A stretch of 64,000 nt of DNA from positions 25,277-89,276 of IMG/VR virus record IMGVR_UViG_3300027754_000063; one strand, given 5' to 3'. Shown here one piece after another: positions 1 to 9,683 of this stretch (its first letter is position 1; every line of letters begins with the position of its first letter). This stretch comes from a virus. Under the pieces are notes generated by a model. The model was given only the letters and a program-made list of their open reading frames with translations. It ran no database searches and was not told where the DNA came from. The position numbers and the translations under genes were made by a program.

Positions 1-672
1 ATTTATCAGGGAATTACAATCTTTTTGTAGTATTTCTGGTATAGATTTATTAGGAATTTCATTGATTTCATTATTCTCAAATTTAAATTTTATTTGTTTT
101 TTATGGGTACTTCCAATTGTAACAATAGCTTCTTCAGACAAATATGCTATATTCCCATATTCTGGAGTAGGGTACAGTGCTTCCACAAAAATATTGTGGT
201 TGTGCCAGATTATATTCTTTACTGCTTTATCTATTTTTTCAGCTAATTCCTGTACTCTTTTTTTTGAATGGTAAGAATAATTACTAATAGCTTTATCTAT
301 CTCTATACAGTTAATTTCCTCTGCATACAAACTAGTTTCATACTCTAATAACATTGAGTTTATTTTTTCTGCTGCTGTATTTGAATTTTTATATGCCCAA
401 TCAAATAGTTTTTTTCTTTCTTGTGATATCTTTTTTACTAAATGTGTAGCAACTGCCATCTCCAACAAAATTGAATTTGGGTACTGAGATTCTTCTAACA
501 AATTTGTTAATTCTAGTTCATTAATCGTATCGTTTTTAACAAATTTTATACGGTCTTTGCTTGGGTTCATTAGCAAGCCAGATAGTTCTTCTATCAAACT
601 ATTATTGTATTGTTCTATAGAAAATTCTGTTTTCTTATTTTCTTTAATTTCTATGTATTTTTTGTAAGACAT
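1..672 (-). CDS. Hypothetical protein, partial (runs off window start)
   Basis: Hand translation from ATG at 672: MSYKKYIEIKENKK... stays open to position 1; missing from the ORF track because no stop lies in the window; directly follows the terminase gene. Confidence 0.75.
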   Translation of the reverse strand, partial: MSYKKYIEIKENKKTEFSIEQYNNSLIEELSGLLMNPSKDRIKFVKNDTINELELTNLLEESQYPNSILLEMAVATHLVKKISQERKKLFDWAYKNSNTAAEKINSMLLEYETSLYAEEINCIEIDKAISNYSYHSKKRVQELAEKIDKAVKNIIWHNHNIFVEALYPTPEYGNIAYLSEEAIVTIGSTHKKQIKFKFENNEINEIPNKSIPEILQKDCNSLIN

Positions 673-681
673 TTTTTCTTT

Positions 682-2514
682 CTACCAATCAAATTCACGT
701 AAAATGTTGTTGTTTTTTCTTTGTTCGTTCATTATTGGACTTGCCGAGTTGTCCATATCTGGTGCCAGTAGATCTATTTCCTCTTCCTCAAGGTCGTCTA
801 TAGACATTTCGTCTATTTCTTTTTTAATTTCTTCATAAACTTGCGATTTTATGCTAGCATTATCCTCTCTAGTTCTTTCTTCTAATCCTATTGGAACATC
901 TCTAGCTATTGACTCTCTAACATATAATGCCATGCACATAGAAAGTATGGCATCATCATGTTTTCCTTTTTGTGCCTGTGCTTTTTTTGTTACGGCATTA
1001 TATTCAAATGTTTGAAGTTCTGTAACGAACCTTATGCTATTTATCAAAATAGAATTATTTATAAGTCTGTTTTGCAAAGACTCTAGGAATAAAGCCCTAT
1101 TTGTCTGACCGATTTTTATTCCAGGCTTTGTATTAGAAGTTATTTTGTCTGTATCATAATAAAGATTATCATAATATAGGGTGTGTTGTAAGTTGCTTAT
1201 TACAGCACCGCCTGGTCCCATATGTTCTATTGCCAGCATAGCATTATTGTAAAAAGTTCCCACTTCGTTTAGAACCTGAGCAAATTCATGTGGAACAATT
1301 GTGTTAGAATAAAATTCGGCTACTTGTTCAAGCGACATAGTGTCTATTATTTCAAAACAAGAATTATCATTATTTTCTCCTTGTCCTTCAGCACAATCTA
1401 CTCCAATTATGTATTCATGACCTTCAATTGGCTCTTTCCAGACCCACAAGGCTCCCCTTAAATGTTCATTTTCTAATTGAGCCATTCGACCTGTACGATT
1501 AGACCATTTTGAAAATAATTTTCTGCTCGGATGATTTTCTCTCGTTTGTTCTGTTAGATCAGTTATCACTTTTGTAGGAAAATATGTTTCTCCTGATCCT
1601 AAAAACTCTCTCATTACTTCTTGTAAGAATCCTTTTGGTCCAAGCTGTGCTTTTTGCTCAGCAACCCATTTTGGATCATTATAATCGGGATGCTCCCAGT
1701 AATCTAAGTCTATAACATGAAATTTGTTTCTATTTTCTTTTGCATCAACATATGTTTGCTCATACCAATTACCCAATCCATTAACAGTAGAAATTAAAGT
1801 GCATGATCCACCGGTAGACAGTACCGGCCACATAGCTTTCCAGTGCTTTTCCATATCGTCAATAAATGCGGCTTCGTCTACGATTAAAAATGTAACGGCT
1901 TTACCTCGTGCCGCCTCAGGAGAGTAAAACTTTATGGCGGAACCAGTGTCTGTAAACATTTTTAAATGATCGTTCCATTTTCCTTCTTTTTTTGGCTTTA
2001 ACCAAATTGGAAAATGCTCGCAAGCCCTATCGATCATCATGCCAATGTCGGTTGCTTCTCTATCTGTTTTAGACAACAACATTATTTGTTGATCCATTTG
2101 AAACATACACCTCCATAGCCCCCACAAAAGAGTAACGGTGGTGAGTCCTCCCTGCCTAAACTTGCTAATTATGTTGAATCTATAAACCTCGTAATCCTTA
2201 ATTACCTTTCTTTGGTACCCATATAAGACAAATGGAACAAGACCCTTCATTGGATGTAGAATCTTAATATATTTGTGGCAAAAATATGGAAAAGAATTAC
2301 AACATTTTATAATTTCTTTTTGCCTTCTATCAGAGTCATACGCATCAACCTCTTCGGCTGATTCGCAGGGATCTATTTCAAGTTCGTATTTGTCAAATTC
2401 GTAATATTGAGGATCATACTGAAATTGTTTCTTTTTTTTATCAAAAATGCCGCCAGATTCATAAAAGTCTTTTAAATTTTTATGTGATTTTTTCCAGAAT
2501 TTTTCTTTAGACAT
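682..2514 (-). CDS. terL: Terminase large subunit (T4 gp17-like)
   Basis: YQ adenine-binding motif, Walker A SKFRQGGLTT, Walker B FLIVDEAAF, ISTVNG coupling motif, RNase H-like nuclease motifs IIGVDCAEG and HDDAIL. Confidence 0.96.
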   Translation of the reverse strand: MSKEKFWKKSHKNLKDFYESGGIFDKKKKQFQYDPQYYEFDKYELEIDPCESAEEVDAYDSDRRQKEIIKCCNSFPYFCHKYIKILHPMKGLVPFVLYGYQRKVIKDYEVYRFNIISKFRQGGLTTVTLLWGLWRCMFQMDQQIMLLSKTDREATDIGMMIDRACEHFPIWLKPKKEGKWNDHLKMFTDTGSAIKFYSPEAARGKAVTFLIVDEAAFIDDMEKHWKAMWPVLSTGGSCTLISTVNGLGNWYEQTYVDAKENRNKFHVIDLDYWEHPDYNDPKWVAEQKAQLGPKGFLQEVMREFLGSGETYFPTKVITDLTEQTRENHPSRKLFSKWSNRTGRMAQLENEHLRGALWVWKEPIEGHEYIIGVDCAEGQGENNDNSCFEIIDTMSLEQVAEFYSNTIVPHEFAQVLNEVGTFYNNAMLAIEHMGPGGAVISNLQHTLYYDNLYYDTDKITSNTKPGIKIGQTNRALFLESLQNRLINNSILINSIRFVTELQTFEYNAVTKKAQAQKGKHDDAILSMCMALYVRESIARDVPIGLEERTREDNASIKSQVYEEIKKEIDEMSIDDLEEEEIDLLAPDMDNSASPIMNEQRKNNNILREFDW

Positions 2515-2625
2515 AATACTAACTTAGTTAATGTTTGCGAGAAACATATCTAGTAGACTTGACTCTCTGTTTAAATTATTATAATATATCTCAATCAATA
2601 TAATTAAATTAAAAAGGAACGTTAA

Positions 2626-3066
2626 ATGGGCGAAAAATCAATACAATTAGCAGATATGCTGGAGATACTTAATGGAGACTTAAGAAATGAATGGAAGCAC
2701 TTAAGATTTTACCTATTCCATGCTAGTGCTGTAACAGGTCTTCATGCTACAGAGTATAAAGAGTTTTTTCTTGAAGAAGCAGCAGGCGAAATGGTGCATG
2801 TAACGCAGTTTTCTGACTTAATCATAGGATTAGGGGGAACCGCAACAGATAAGTCTAATGACTTTTTAAAGTTTAAAAAGCCAAAAGAAATATTAGAATA
2901 TGCTTACGAAATGGAAAAAGAAGTTGTTTCAAATTATTCTGAGCGAATAAAACACGCCCAAATATTGGGTGGCGTCGACGGGCAATGGTTAGAAATTTTC
3001 CTAGAAACACAAATACAAAAGAGTCGAGAAGATGTAGACCATTATAAACAAATAATTCAAGAATAG
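2626..3066 (+). CDS. Ferritin/bacterioferritin-like four-helix protein
   Basis: 146 aa with diiron-type spacing (LRNEW, EEAAGEMVH, EMEKE..Y, EDVDH); AGGA RBS upstream. Confidence 0.8.
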   Translation: MGEKSIQLADMLEILNGDLRNEWKHLRFYLFHASAVTGLHATEYKEFFLEEAAGEMVHVTQFSDLIIGLGGTATDKSNDFLKFKKPKEILEYAYEMEKEVVSNYSERIKHAQILGGVDGQWLEIFLETQIQKSREDVDHYKQIIQE

Positions 3067-3107
3067 AGGAGATCCAAATTCCTATTGAAAACGAAGTTAA
3101 GTTTGTA

Positions 3108-3608
3108 TTGCTTGAAACAATAGAGTCCGAGCAATCAATAGCAGAACAAGCAGAACAAAAACTTCATATAGAACAAAAATACCTTACTATAGAAAAAGGA
3201 ATATCTGTTCGTATAAGACGCACAATAAATAATAGTATTTCTTCATATTCTATGACAGTTAAGAAAAATGTTTCAGGGCAATGCATAGAAATTGAATGTT
3301 TAATATCCAAAGATGACTTTGATAAATTGTGGACCACGGGACACAATAAAGTCACCAAAATAAGGTACCTATACAAAGGTTGGGATATTGATTTTTTTAA
3401 ACGCCATAATGGTAAAAATTATATCGCAATTGCAGAAATTGAGATGTTACCATTACAAAAGGCTCCTAAATTCATTCCAATTATAATAAAAAGAAATATA
3501 ATCCATAATGTTGATATTAATGATAATCGTTTTTCCAACAAAAAGTTAGGAAATATAAAATATGCCAACCAACTTCTTAAAAAAATTAAAAAAATAATAA
3601 AGATTTGA
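3108..3608 (+). CDS. CYTH-domain (triphosphate tunnel) protein
   Basis: IEQKYL, VRIRR, TVKK, EIEC, KIRY, WDIDFF, IAEIE and FSNKKL motifs; the N-terminal ExExKF motif (EEIQIP/EIQ region at ~3065-3085) is not in the called ORF, so the start is uncertain. Confidence 0.8.
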   Translation: MLETIESEQSIAEQAEQKLHIEQKYLTIEKGISVRIRRTINNSISSYSMTVKKNVSGQCIEIECLISKDDFDKLWTTGHNKVTKIRYLYKGWDIDFFKRHNGKNYIAIAEIEMLPLQKAPKFIPIIIKRNIIHNVDINDNRFSNKKLGNIKYANQLLKKIKKIIKI

Positions 3609-3633
3609 CCCAGAAATTTAATTGTGTTATAAT
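3605..3633 (+). promoter_or_regulatory. Host sigma70-type promoter with extended -10
   Basis: TTGACC-17 nt-TATAAT with TGn preceding the -10, upstream of AAGGAG RBS and ORF 3672. Confidence 0.75.
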
Positions 3634-3671
3634 AAAAAGGTGTCAAATAACAAAAGAATTAAGGAGTTAAA

Positions 3672-3971
3672 ATGAAGTACAATTTAGTAGAAAACTATCC
3701 GGTTGCAAGATTTTGGTATAAAGGAACTCACACGCACCCAGTTCGTAGAACTGTACTCGTTACAGAGTCTACAAAAACGCATTTGAGTGGATACGAACTT
3801 AGAGATGGAAATATTGTAAGACAGACAATAAACGCACCTGTAAAAACATACATAAGAAAGAAAATTGCAAAAGGAAGAAATTTGAGAGCAAGGCAAAAGA
3901 GCGTAATCAATCTTTCTAAAACTACTTTAGTGAGAAAAAGCCTCATGAGTCTCATAGAATCTGGAATTTAG
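3672..3971 (+). CDS. Hypothetical basic protein
   Basis: Good promoter and AAGGAG RBS; no recognised motif. Confidence 0.75.
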   Translation: MKYNLVENYPVARFWYKGTHTHPVRRTVLVTESTKTHLSGYELRDGNIVRQTINAPVKTYIRKKIAKGRNLRARQKSVINLSKTTLVRKSLMSLIESGI

Positions 3972-4011
3972 AAAATTTTTTACAAATTGTACACTATATT
4001 AAGATTAAGAA

Positions 4012-4108
4012 CGAACGTAATATCCGCTCCTACTGATTTTAGACAATCATAAGATTGCATTTAGTGGGAGAGGAAACTCACCCGCATTTAGCGTGTGTGT
4101 AGCTCAAC
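4012..4108. mobile_element. Orphan IS200/IS605-type terminal element / omegaRNA-like remnant
   Basis: Intergenic structured tract ending GAAACTCACCCGCATTTAGCGTGTGTGTAGCTCAAC, resembling the subterminal hairpin plus TCAA/TCAC end of IS200/IS605 elements; second hairpin CTCCTACTGA...TTAGTGGGAG. Confidence 0.5.
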
Positions 4109-4136
4109 GTCCACGAATTAGAAAAGGGTAAAAAAA

Positions 4137-4637
4137 ATGAATAATGTTGAAAAATGGACACTTGATGACGGAAGACGAGCTGAAAAAACAACCACAGAAA
4201 AACAAGTTAATGAGTTAGAGTTTGAGAGAGTTATAGAAATTAGTGTAGAAGAAGAGCGAACATTAAATTTGCAAAAAAGAATAACAGAAAAAACTCGACC
4301 ATTTGTTTATGAAAGAACAATAGAAACAATTAACGCAACTGGTGAAGTCGTTGACAAAGTGGTTGAGTCTATTGATCCTGAAGTTAACCTTAAATTAGTA
4401 CAATTGAATAATGATAGTTATGTTACAAAAAACGAAATGATTGAAACAATTGTAGAAGCTATAAAGTCTTCAAAAGATTTGCCTGTTAGTGCATGTCAAA
4501 TTAATACGAGAGGTGCCGCAGAAGAAATATCAAATTTAAAAGTAGTTGGCTATTCTGTTAAGGATATTGTTTTAACGCTTGTTATTGTATTACAGGTTGC
4601 ATTCTTAGCCTATTTGCTTGTTACTAAACCCAACTAA
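4137..4637 (+). CDS. Hypothetical protein with C-terminal transmembrane helix
   Basis: Hydrophobic tail IVLTLVIVLQVAFLAYLLV. Confidence 0.75.
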   Translation: MNNVEKWTLDDGRRAEKTTTEKQVNELEFERVIEISVEEERTLNLQKRITEKTRPFVYERTIETINATGEVVDKVVESIDPEVNLKLVQLNNDSYVTKNEMIETIVEAIKSSKDLPVSACQINTRGAAEEISNLKVVGYSVKDIVLTLVIVLQVAFLAYLLVTKPN

Positions 4638-4651
4638 AATAAGGAACCCAA

Positions 4652-5509
4652 ATGTCTTTTTACCAAAATGTATTTAATCAAGAGTTCAAAGGAAATTGGG
4701 TTCTGTCAGATAGACAATATTCTCTTACTTTTACGTGCCCTGCAAATAGAAACTCCTCAGAGTATCAGTATGCATATACAAACGGACCTTGGGACTTAAC
4801 AAATGGTAAAGATCATTTATTATTAAACTATGCATGGGATGTTGATTTTAAGAACTACGCAGTATTAGATGTAGATCTTCTACCAGCCGGAGCATTAGCT
4901 CCAGCTTTAGATACTGCTGTTACCGCATACGAAGTAGTAGCAATTTTAAATGCAAACGCAACATTTTCGGATATGTTCGTTGCAGAAACATCTGTTGATC
5001 GGTCTAATCCAAGCTTAATAACCGTTATAATAAAATCGAAAACTGGAAGAGCAAAGAAAGATATTAAGCTATGGATAAGCAATAGCGGGTCAGAAAGATC
5101 CATGAAATTCAATAAGTATGCAGGTGTTGCAGAACTACCAACTTATTTTGATAGGCACACAATCAGCAGTAGATTCAGTTTTTCTGATTCTGCTGGTGCT
5201 CTCATACTGCTTGACAACACGGATGGTGCGGAAGACGAAGACGTTATAACACTTGCGGGATTCGATCCAGCTAATCCTCTAGAAGATTGGGCGTTGCTTC
5301 GAGGAAGAGCATCTGGACTTTTTTCCTTTAAAAAGCAAACAGTAGACGGGGCAAGTAGGATTACGGAGATAATTGAGTATCCAGCAGGAGCAGCGGCTGG
5401 TGATTTTGCTAGAAAAACATTAATGACTTACACAGGTGATCAGACGGCTCCAGATGAGATTCTGCAAATTCCTTATGTATTAGCAGATGGTGATTTGATA
5501 GAGCCTTAA
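4652..5509 (+). CDS. Hypothetical protein, probably virion structural
   Basis: 285 aa, Ala/Thr/Gly/Asp-rich beta-type composition; AAGGA RBS. Confidence 0.7.
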   Translation: MSFYQNVFNQEFKGNWVLSDRQYSLTFTCPANRNSSEYQYAYTNGPWDLTNGKDHLLLNYAWDVDFKNYAVLDVDLLPAGALAPALDTAVTAYEVVAILNANATFSDMFVAETSVDRSNPSLITVIIKSKTGRAKKDIKLWISNSGSERSMKFNKYAGVAELPTYFDRHTISSRFSFSDSAGALILLDNTDGAEDEDVITLAGFDPANPLEDWALLRGRASGLFSFKKQTVDGASRITEIIEYPAGAAAGDFARKTLMTYTGDQTAPDEILQIPYVLADGDLIEP

Positions 5510-5524
5510 TAGCTAATTAGTTAA

Positions 5525-5881
5525 TTATAGTTGCCTTAATTTAACTTCAATTATAGTAGAATCTTTTAGTATTTTTTCTGCGTTATTTACTGCTATTATT
5601 TTTGCTTCTTCTTTTGTTAAAGCAAATATAGAAAAAATATTTTTGTATTCTATACCAAGACCTCTATCATATCTAACAATTGCTTGCCATTCTTTCTGGC
5701 GATTCACAAGCAACCATCCGGCAGCGGCAGCATCATCAAAACTTTTGTATTCCAATTTATTTTGGAAAGAATCATTCGTTTGTGTTGAAATTTTTTCTAA
5801 AATGAATTTACCATGCATATTTGCATAAATTATAATTCCATTTAAAGAAAACACTTCTTGTTGATTGACTAAATCCCCCAT
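5525..5881 (-). CDS. Hypothetical protein
   Basis: ORF overlapping the end of the upstream minus-strand gene. Confidence 0.65.
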   Translation of the reverse strand: MGDLVNQQEVFSLNGIIIYANMHGKFILEKISTQTNDSFQNKLEYKSFDDAAAAGWLLVNRQKEWQAIVRYDRGLGIEYKNIFSIFALTKEEAKIIAVNNAEKILKDSTIIEVKLRQL

Positions 5882-6390
5882 TTTTTTCTCAAATTTTCTA
5901 ATATTGTGTTTTTCTGTTTTTCTTTTTTATTTATATTTTCTTTTTTATCTCTTATTTTAACTTCTTTGTCAATGCCTTTTGCAATATTATAAAAATATTC
6001 TATTTTTTCTTGCCACTTTTCTTGTGGAGCATAGTTTTCTAATTCTCCAGATACCTCCTTATAAACTACATTGCTTTCGTTTGTTACTATTATTTCTCTT
6101 AAATGGAATCTAACAAGAATAGAGATATTTGATCCACGTGATAATCCATCAAAGTGTAAACCAATTTCTTGCGTTTGTTCCATATCATCCATTGTGTGTA
6201 TGGTTTCTTCTGTTTCCTGAAACTCATATGGATCTGCAAACTCGGTGCAGTCGGAGTACAGTCCTCCTTGCCTTATGATGGGGAACCCAAGTCTTTTTGC
6301 AATTAAGCAAAATTTACCACCAAGACCCATATAGCCATTTTTCATTGCTTCTAATGTTCTTGCCTCTTGAACTCTTTGATAAGGATCCAT
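5869..6390 (-). CDS. Hypothetical protein
   Basis: 173-aa ORF with GGA RBS. Confidence 0.7.
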   Translation of the reverse strand: MDPYQRVQEARTLEAMKNGYMGLGGKFCLIAKRLGFPIIRQGGLYSDCTEFADPYEFQETEETIHTMDDMEQTQEIGLHFDGLSRGSNISILVRFHLREIIVTNESNVVYKEVSGELENYAPQEKWQEKIEYFYNIAKGIDKEVKIRDKKENINKKEKQKNTILENLRKKWGI

Positions 6391-6439
6391 TTTAATTTCC
6401 GTTAATTGTTAAATTTTGATATAAAAGTCATATATATAT

Positions 6440-7969
6440 ATGTACATCTACAAAACAAAAGGAGTTGTTATGTTGAGTTTCTTAAATAAATTTTATAATA
6501 TTTTGACTTTAAGACAAGAGTCAATCCATGGAGAACCGTTATTTTTTCATAATGGAACAAATAGCACAAGATTCTATCTTAATGATCCAACCACGCCACA
6601 ATTAATTAATGAGCAAGATGCTACGTTTAAAACAGCTTTACCAATTAGTTCTTTAAACGATAAAGGCGGAGGATTTGAATTAGGAAGCCTTCAACAACAA
6701 GCCAGTGCGTGCAGTATAATGATAAACAATATATTGTCGTACATGATGGTTGCATATAAAACATCTGGGCCATTAAAAACGATATCAAAATGGGCAGCAA
6801 CAAACAACTTGGCGATTAAATCCAGAGCTGGAGTCGATATAAACGCTTATTATGATAGAAAATCATTAAAATTCTTTTATTTTAAAGATACTGTTAAAAA
6901 TAAAACTGTTTACGCTTGCGACTCTAACTCTGTCGTCTCACACGAATTCGGACATGCTTTTTTAGACATAATGCGCCCAGACTTTTGGTCAACACAAGCC
7001 CCAGAAATATGGGCATATCACGAAGCATTCGGAGACATTACAGCATTAATAGCATCGCTTCAATACGATTCTTTAATTAACTGTGCCCTAGAAGAAACAA
7101 AAGGCAATATGATGCAGTCTAATGTTATTTCAAGACTGGCTTCAGAAATGGGAATAGGACTTAACAATGTGTCCAGAGATAAAGATCCTGGACGTAACTG
7201 CCTTAGAGATCTTTCTACTGTATTTGTTTATCAAACACCAGAAAGCCTGCCTAAATCTGGTCCAGAAAGTATGCTTATTAATGAATGCCATAGTTTTAGT
7301 CGAGTTTTTAGCGGTGCATTTTATGAGATTTTAATACTGATCAATAAACATCATATAGCTTTAGGAAGATCGCCATTAGATGCTATGAAAATTTCAAGAG
7401 ACGTTATGGCAAGATATCTATTAAAAGCAACAGCAGCAGTTCCTGTAACAGTAAGACTATTTGATGCTTTATCCAGACAAATACTACAAGTAGATCAAAG
7501 CGAAGGTGGTAAATATCAGGATATAATAAAAGATGTTTTTACAAGACGCAAAATTTTAATTCAAAGAATTTTAATGCTAGATAATGCAAATATTGATTCT
7601 GTAAAAAAAACCATTTCAGATAATCCATATGAATTGCACCTTTTGAACAAAAATAAGCTTTTAAGAACAATTTCTAAAAAAACAATAAATTTATCTAAAA
7701 TGGATAAAAAAATATCTATTTTAAGTAATAACCCTTTATTAAAATTAGACATAGATGTTCCAAGTGAAACAGGTTACTATTTTGATGAAAATAATATGCT
7801 TTTTGATGTAGTAGAAACAACGAACGAGGAGATGATTACTGCTGCATATGACTGTTTAGAGTTTTTAGACAAAAAGCACTTGGTCGGAAGCCATGGTAAT
7901 GCTTTATTTGAAATCAAACACGGTAAGCTCATAAGAAAACAAATTGTGTGCAGATGTGGAGGTGCATAA
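6440..7969 (+). CDS. Zinc metallopeptidase, thermolysin/fungalysin (M4/M36)-like
   Basis: NAYYD, HEFGH zinc motif, third ligand in HEAFGD, later ECH; true start may be ATG 6470 after AGGAG. Confidence 0.85.
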   Translation: MYIYKTKGVVMLSFLNKFYNILTLRQESIHGEPLFFHNGTNSTRFYLNDPTTPQLINEQDATFKTALPISSLNDKGGGFELGSLQQQASACSIMINNILSYMMVAYKTSGPLKTISKWAATNNLAIKSRAGVDINAYYDRKSLKFFYFKDTVKNKTVYACDSNSVVSHEFGHAFLDIMRPDFWSTQAPEIWAYHEAFGDITALIASLQYDSLINCALEETKGNMMQSNVISRLASEMGIGLNNVSRDKDPGRNCLRDLSTVFVYQTPESLPKSGPESMLINECHSFSRVFSGAFYEILILINKHHIALGRSPLDAMKISRDVMARYLLKATAAVPVTVRLFDALSRQILQVDQSEGGKYQDIIKDVFTRRKILIQRILMLDNANIDSVKKTISDNPYELHLLNKNKLLRTISKKTINLSKMDKKISILSNNPLLKLDIDVPSETGYYFDENNMLFDVVETTNEEMITAAYDCLEFLDKKHLVGSHGNALFEIKHGKLIRKQIVCRCGGA

Positions 7970-8199
7970 TGTGTAAATGCTTGCCAAATTACTGCGACCC
8001 CTCGGCACCAGAATACCAAAAACCATGGAAACCAGCCAATAATTCCAGTTGTAGTGGGGCAGCATGCCTTCCAAGGAGTTGTGACTGCTCTCAAACAGTT
8101 AATATTCAAACAGAGAAAAAAGGTTGTTTTTTGACTGTAAAAAATTGTTTTAAAAATACATATCAAGTTGGTCAGAAGATAAGTAGGAAAAGTTGCTAA
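7969..8199 (+). CDS. Small cysteine-rich protein
   Basis: ATG overlaps the peptidase stop (TAATG); MCKCLPNYCDP...CSGAACLPRSCDC. Confidence 0.7.
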   Translation: MCKCLPNYCDPSAPEYQKPWKPANNSSCSGAACLPRSCDCSQTVNIQTEKKGCFLTVKNCFKNTYQVGQKISRKSC

Positions 8200-8291
8200 A
8201 ATATAAATATATAAACCATAAATTTTTTTCACCTTTTTAATACATAGTTACATTCTAATTAGCGTTATAAAAAAAATAAGAGAGGAATTCA

Positions 8292-8690
8292 ATGAAGAAA
8301 CTTGTACTTTTAAAAGAAAAATCACCTAGCTGCCATTTGATAAATTATTTTTTTGTATCCGTTACTTGCGAACTCGATACCGTTGTGAATCATGAATTTA
8401 TAGGTTCGAATGAATCATGCAGCTATGACGATTATGACGACGATGAAGATGAAGATTACGATGATGACGATGATGATGATGAAGATGATGACGAGGACGA
8501 TAGTGACGATGGTTACAATGACTACAAATATGAAAAGTATGATGATGATGATGATGATTACGAAGATGATGATGAGGATGATGATGAGGACGAGAACGAT
8601 GATGAGGACGATGAGGACGAGGATGAGGATGAAGACGACGATGAGGATGAAGACGACGATGAAGATGATGATTGGTCCATAGATGGATAA
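8292..8690 (+). CDS. Extremely acidic Asp/Glu-rich protein
   Basis: GAGG RBS; C-terminal two-thirds almost all D/E, encoded by GAT/GAC/GAA/GAG runs. Confidence 0.7.
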   Translation: MKKLVLLKEKSPSCHLINYFFVSVTCELDTVVNHEFIGSNESCSYDDYDDDEDEDYDDDDDDDEDDDEDDSDDGYNDYKYEKYDDDDDDYEDDDEDDDEDENDDEDDEDEDEDEDDDEDEDDDEDDDWSIDG

Positions 8691-8733
8691 TTGATATGTA
8701 ATATATAATATTTGTACTTACACGATGTAAGTA

Positions 8734-9420
8734 TTGTTTGAAACAAGGAGGTTTATGGTCAAAGTAATTTGTTTTTTTACACTTCTATGCTTTTTAAGCT
8801 TTTCTTATAAAATAAATTCAGATTTTGGTAGCGAAAAACAAGAGCTAACAGAAAATGAAGATGAACTTAAGAATGTTATGGTGCCTATCCAAATGCAAGA
8901 TAGGGTCTATAATAAAACCGGTGTGCAATGTGTGTGGGCGTCTATTGAATGTGTAGGACGATATGCAGAGGAGCCAAAATTAATTGGGCTTACTAAAGAT
9001 AAAGAATGTCAGAGCTATGCAAGTCCATCATCACTCTCAGCTAAACTGAAGAAATTAAATGTAAGATATGAACAGACAACAAGCCGTAATGATCGTAGTC
9101 TTATAATTAAATCCGTTGTTAAAGAAAGACGAGGTTGCCTGTTCGCAGTTCCAGGACATGCTATGACATTAGTGCATTATGATGCAATAAAAGGAGTAGT
9201 TAAGTATATCAACAACAGCGACAGAAGCTTACAAATTAGAACATGGACTATGAAAGAATTTGAACAAAGATGGGACGGATGGATTTGTGCAATATATGCT
9301 GATAATGATATTATTCCCAAAAAATACACTATAATGTATCCAATATCAATAATCGATAGAAGTGCAATACAAGGCGATTACGATAAGAGCTACATATTGA
9401 TGCCACGCCAGCTAAACTGA
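8734..9420 (+). CDS. Exported or membrane-anchored papain-like (C39-type) cysteine peptidase candidate
   Basis: N-terminal hydrophobic segment; QCVWAS (Cys), GHAMTL (His), YINNS (Asn) triad spacing; likely start ATG 8755 after AGGAGG. Confidence 0.6.
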   Translation: MFETRRFMVKVICFFTLLCFLSFSYKINSDFGSEKQELTENEDELKNVMVPIQMQDRVYNKTGVQCVWASIECVGRYAEEPKLIGLTKDKECQSYASPSSLSAKLKKLNVRYEQTTSRNDRSLIIKSVVKERRGCLFAVPGHAMTLVHYDAIKGVVKYINNSDRSLQIRTWTMKEFEQRWDGWICAIYADNDIIPKKYTIMYPISIIDRSAIQGDYDKSYILMPRQLN

Positions 9421-9639
9421 ATGATTGTCCAAATTAACAGGCTTCGGAAAAGCTTTTTTTGGAGAAGCGTTTGTTTTTGGCAATCGAACATGTGGCGGTG
9501 GATTTTTTTTTGTTATAGGCAAATCATCCTTATATGTTGGGAAAGCTCCTATAACTTCACCAGGCTTTTCATCGTCCACTCCAGAAACATTGCCGACAGA
9601 CCCACCATAATTTTCTAACCATTTTTTAAAATAAAACAT
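9412..9639 (-). CDS. Small protein with capsid-targeting-like leader
   Basis: Begins MFYFKKWLE; AGGTG RBS. Confidence 0.65.
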   Translation of the reverse strand: MFYFKKWLENYGGSVGNVSGVDDEKPGEVIGAFPTYKDDLPITKKNPPPHVRLPKTNASPKKAFPKPVNLDNHSV

Positions 9640-9683
9640 ATAGCACCTAAAAATATTTAATTATAATGTATATATATTAAGTA

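Noticed and set aside
2554-2587. Sigma70 promoter before the ferritin-like gene
   Set aside because: TTGACT and TATAAT are 15 nt apart; alternative pairings are possible but too ambiguous in AT-rich DNA to call.
8410-8746. Met-rich ORF (8410-8682) and antisense poly-Ser ORF (8558-8746)
   Set aside because: Shadow frames of the GAT/GAC run; the acidic frame has the RBS.
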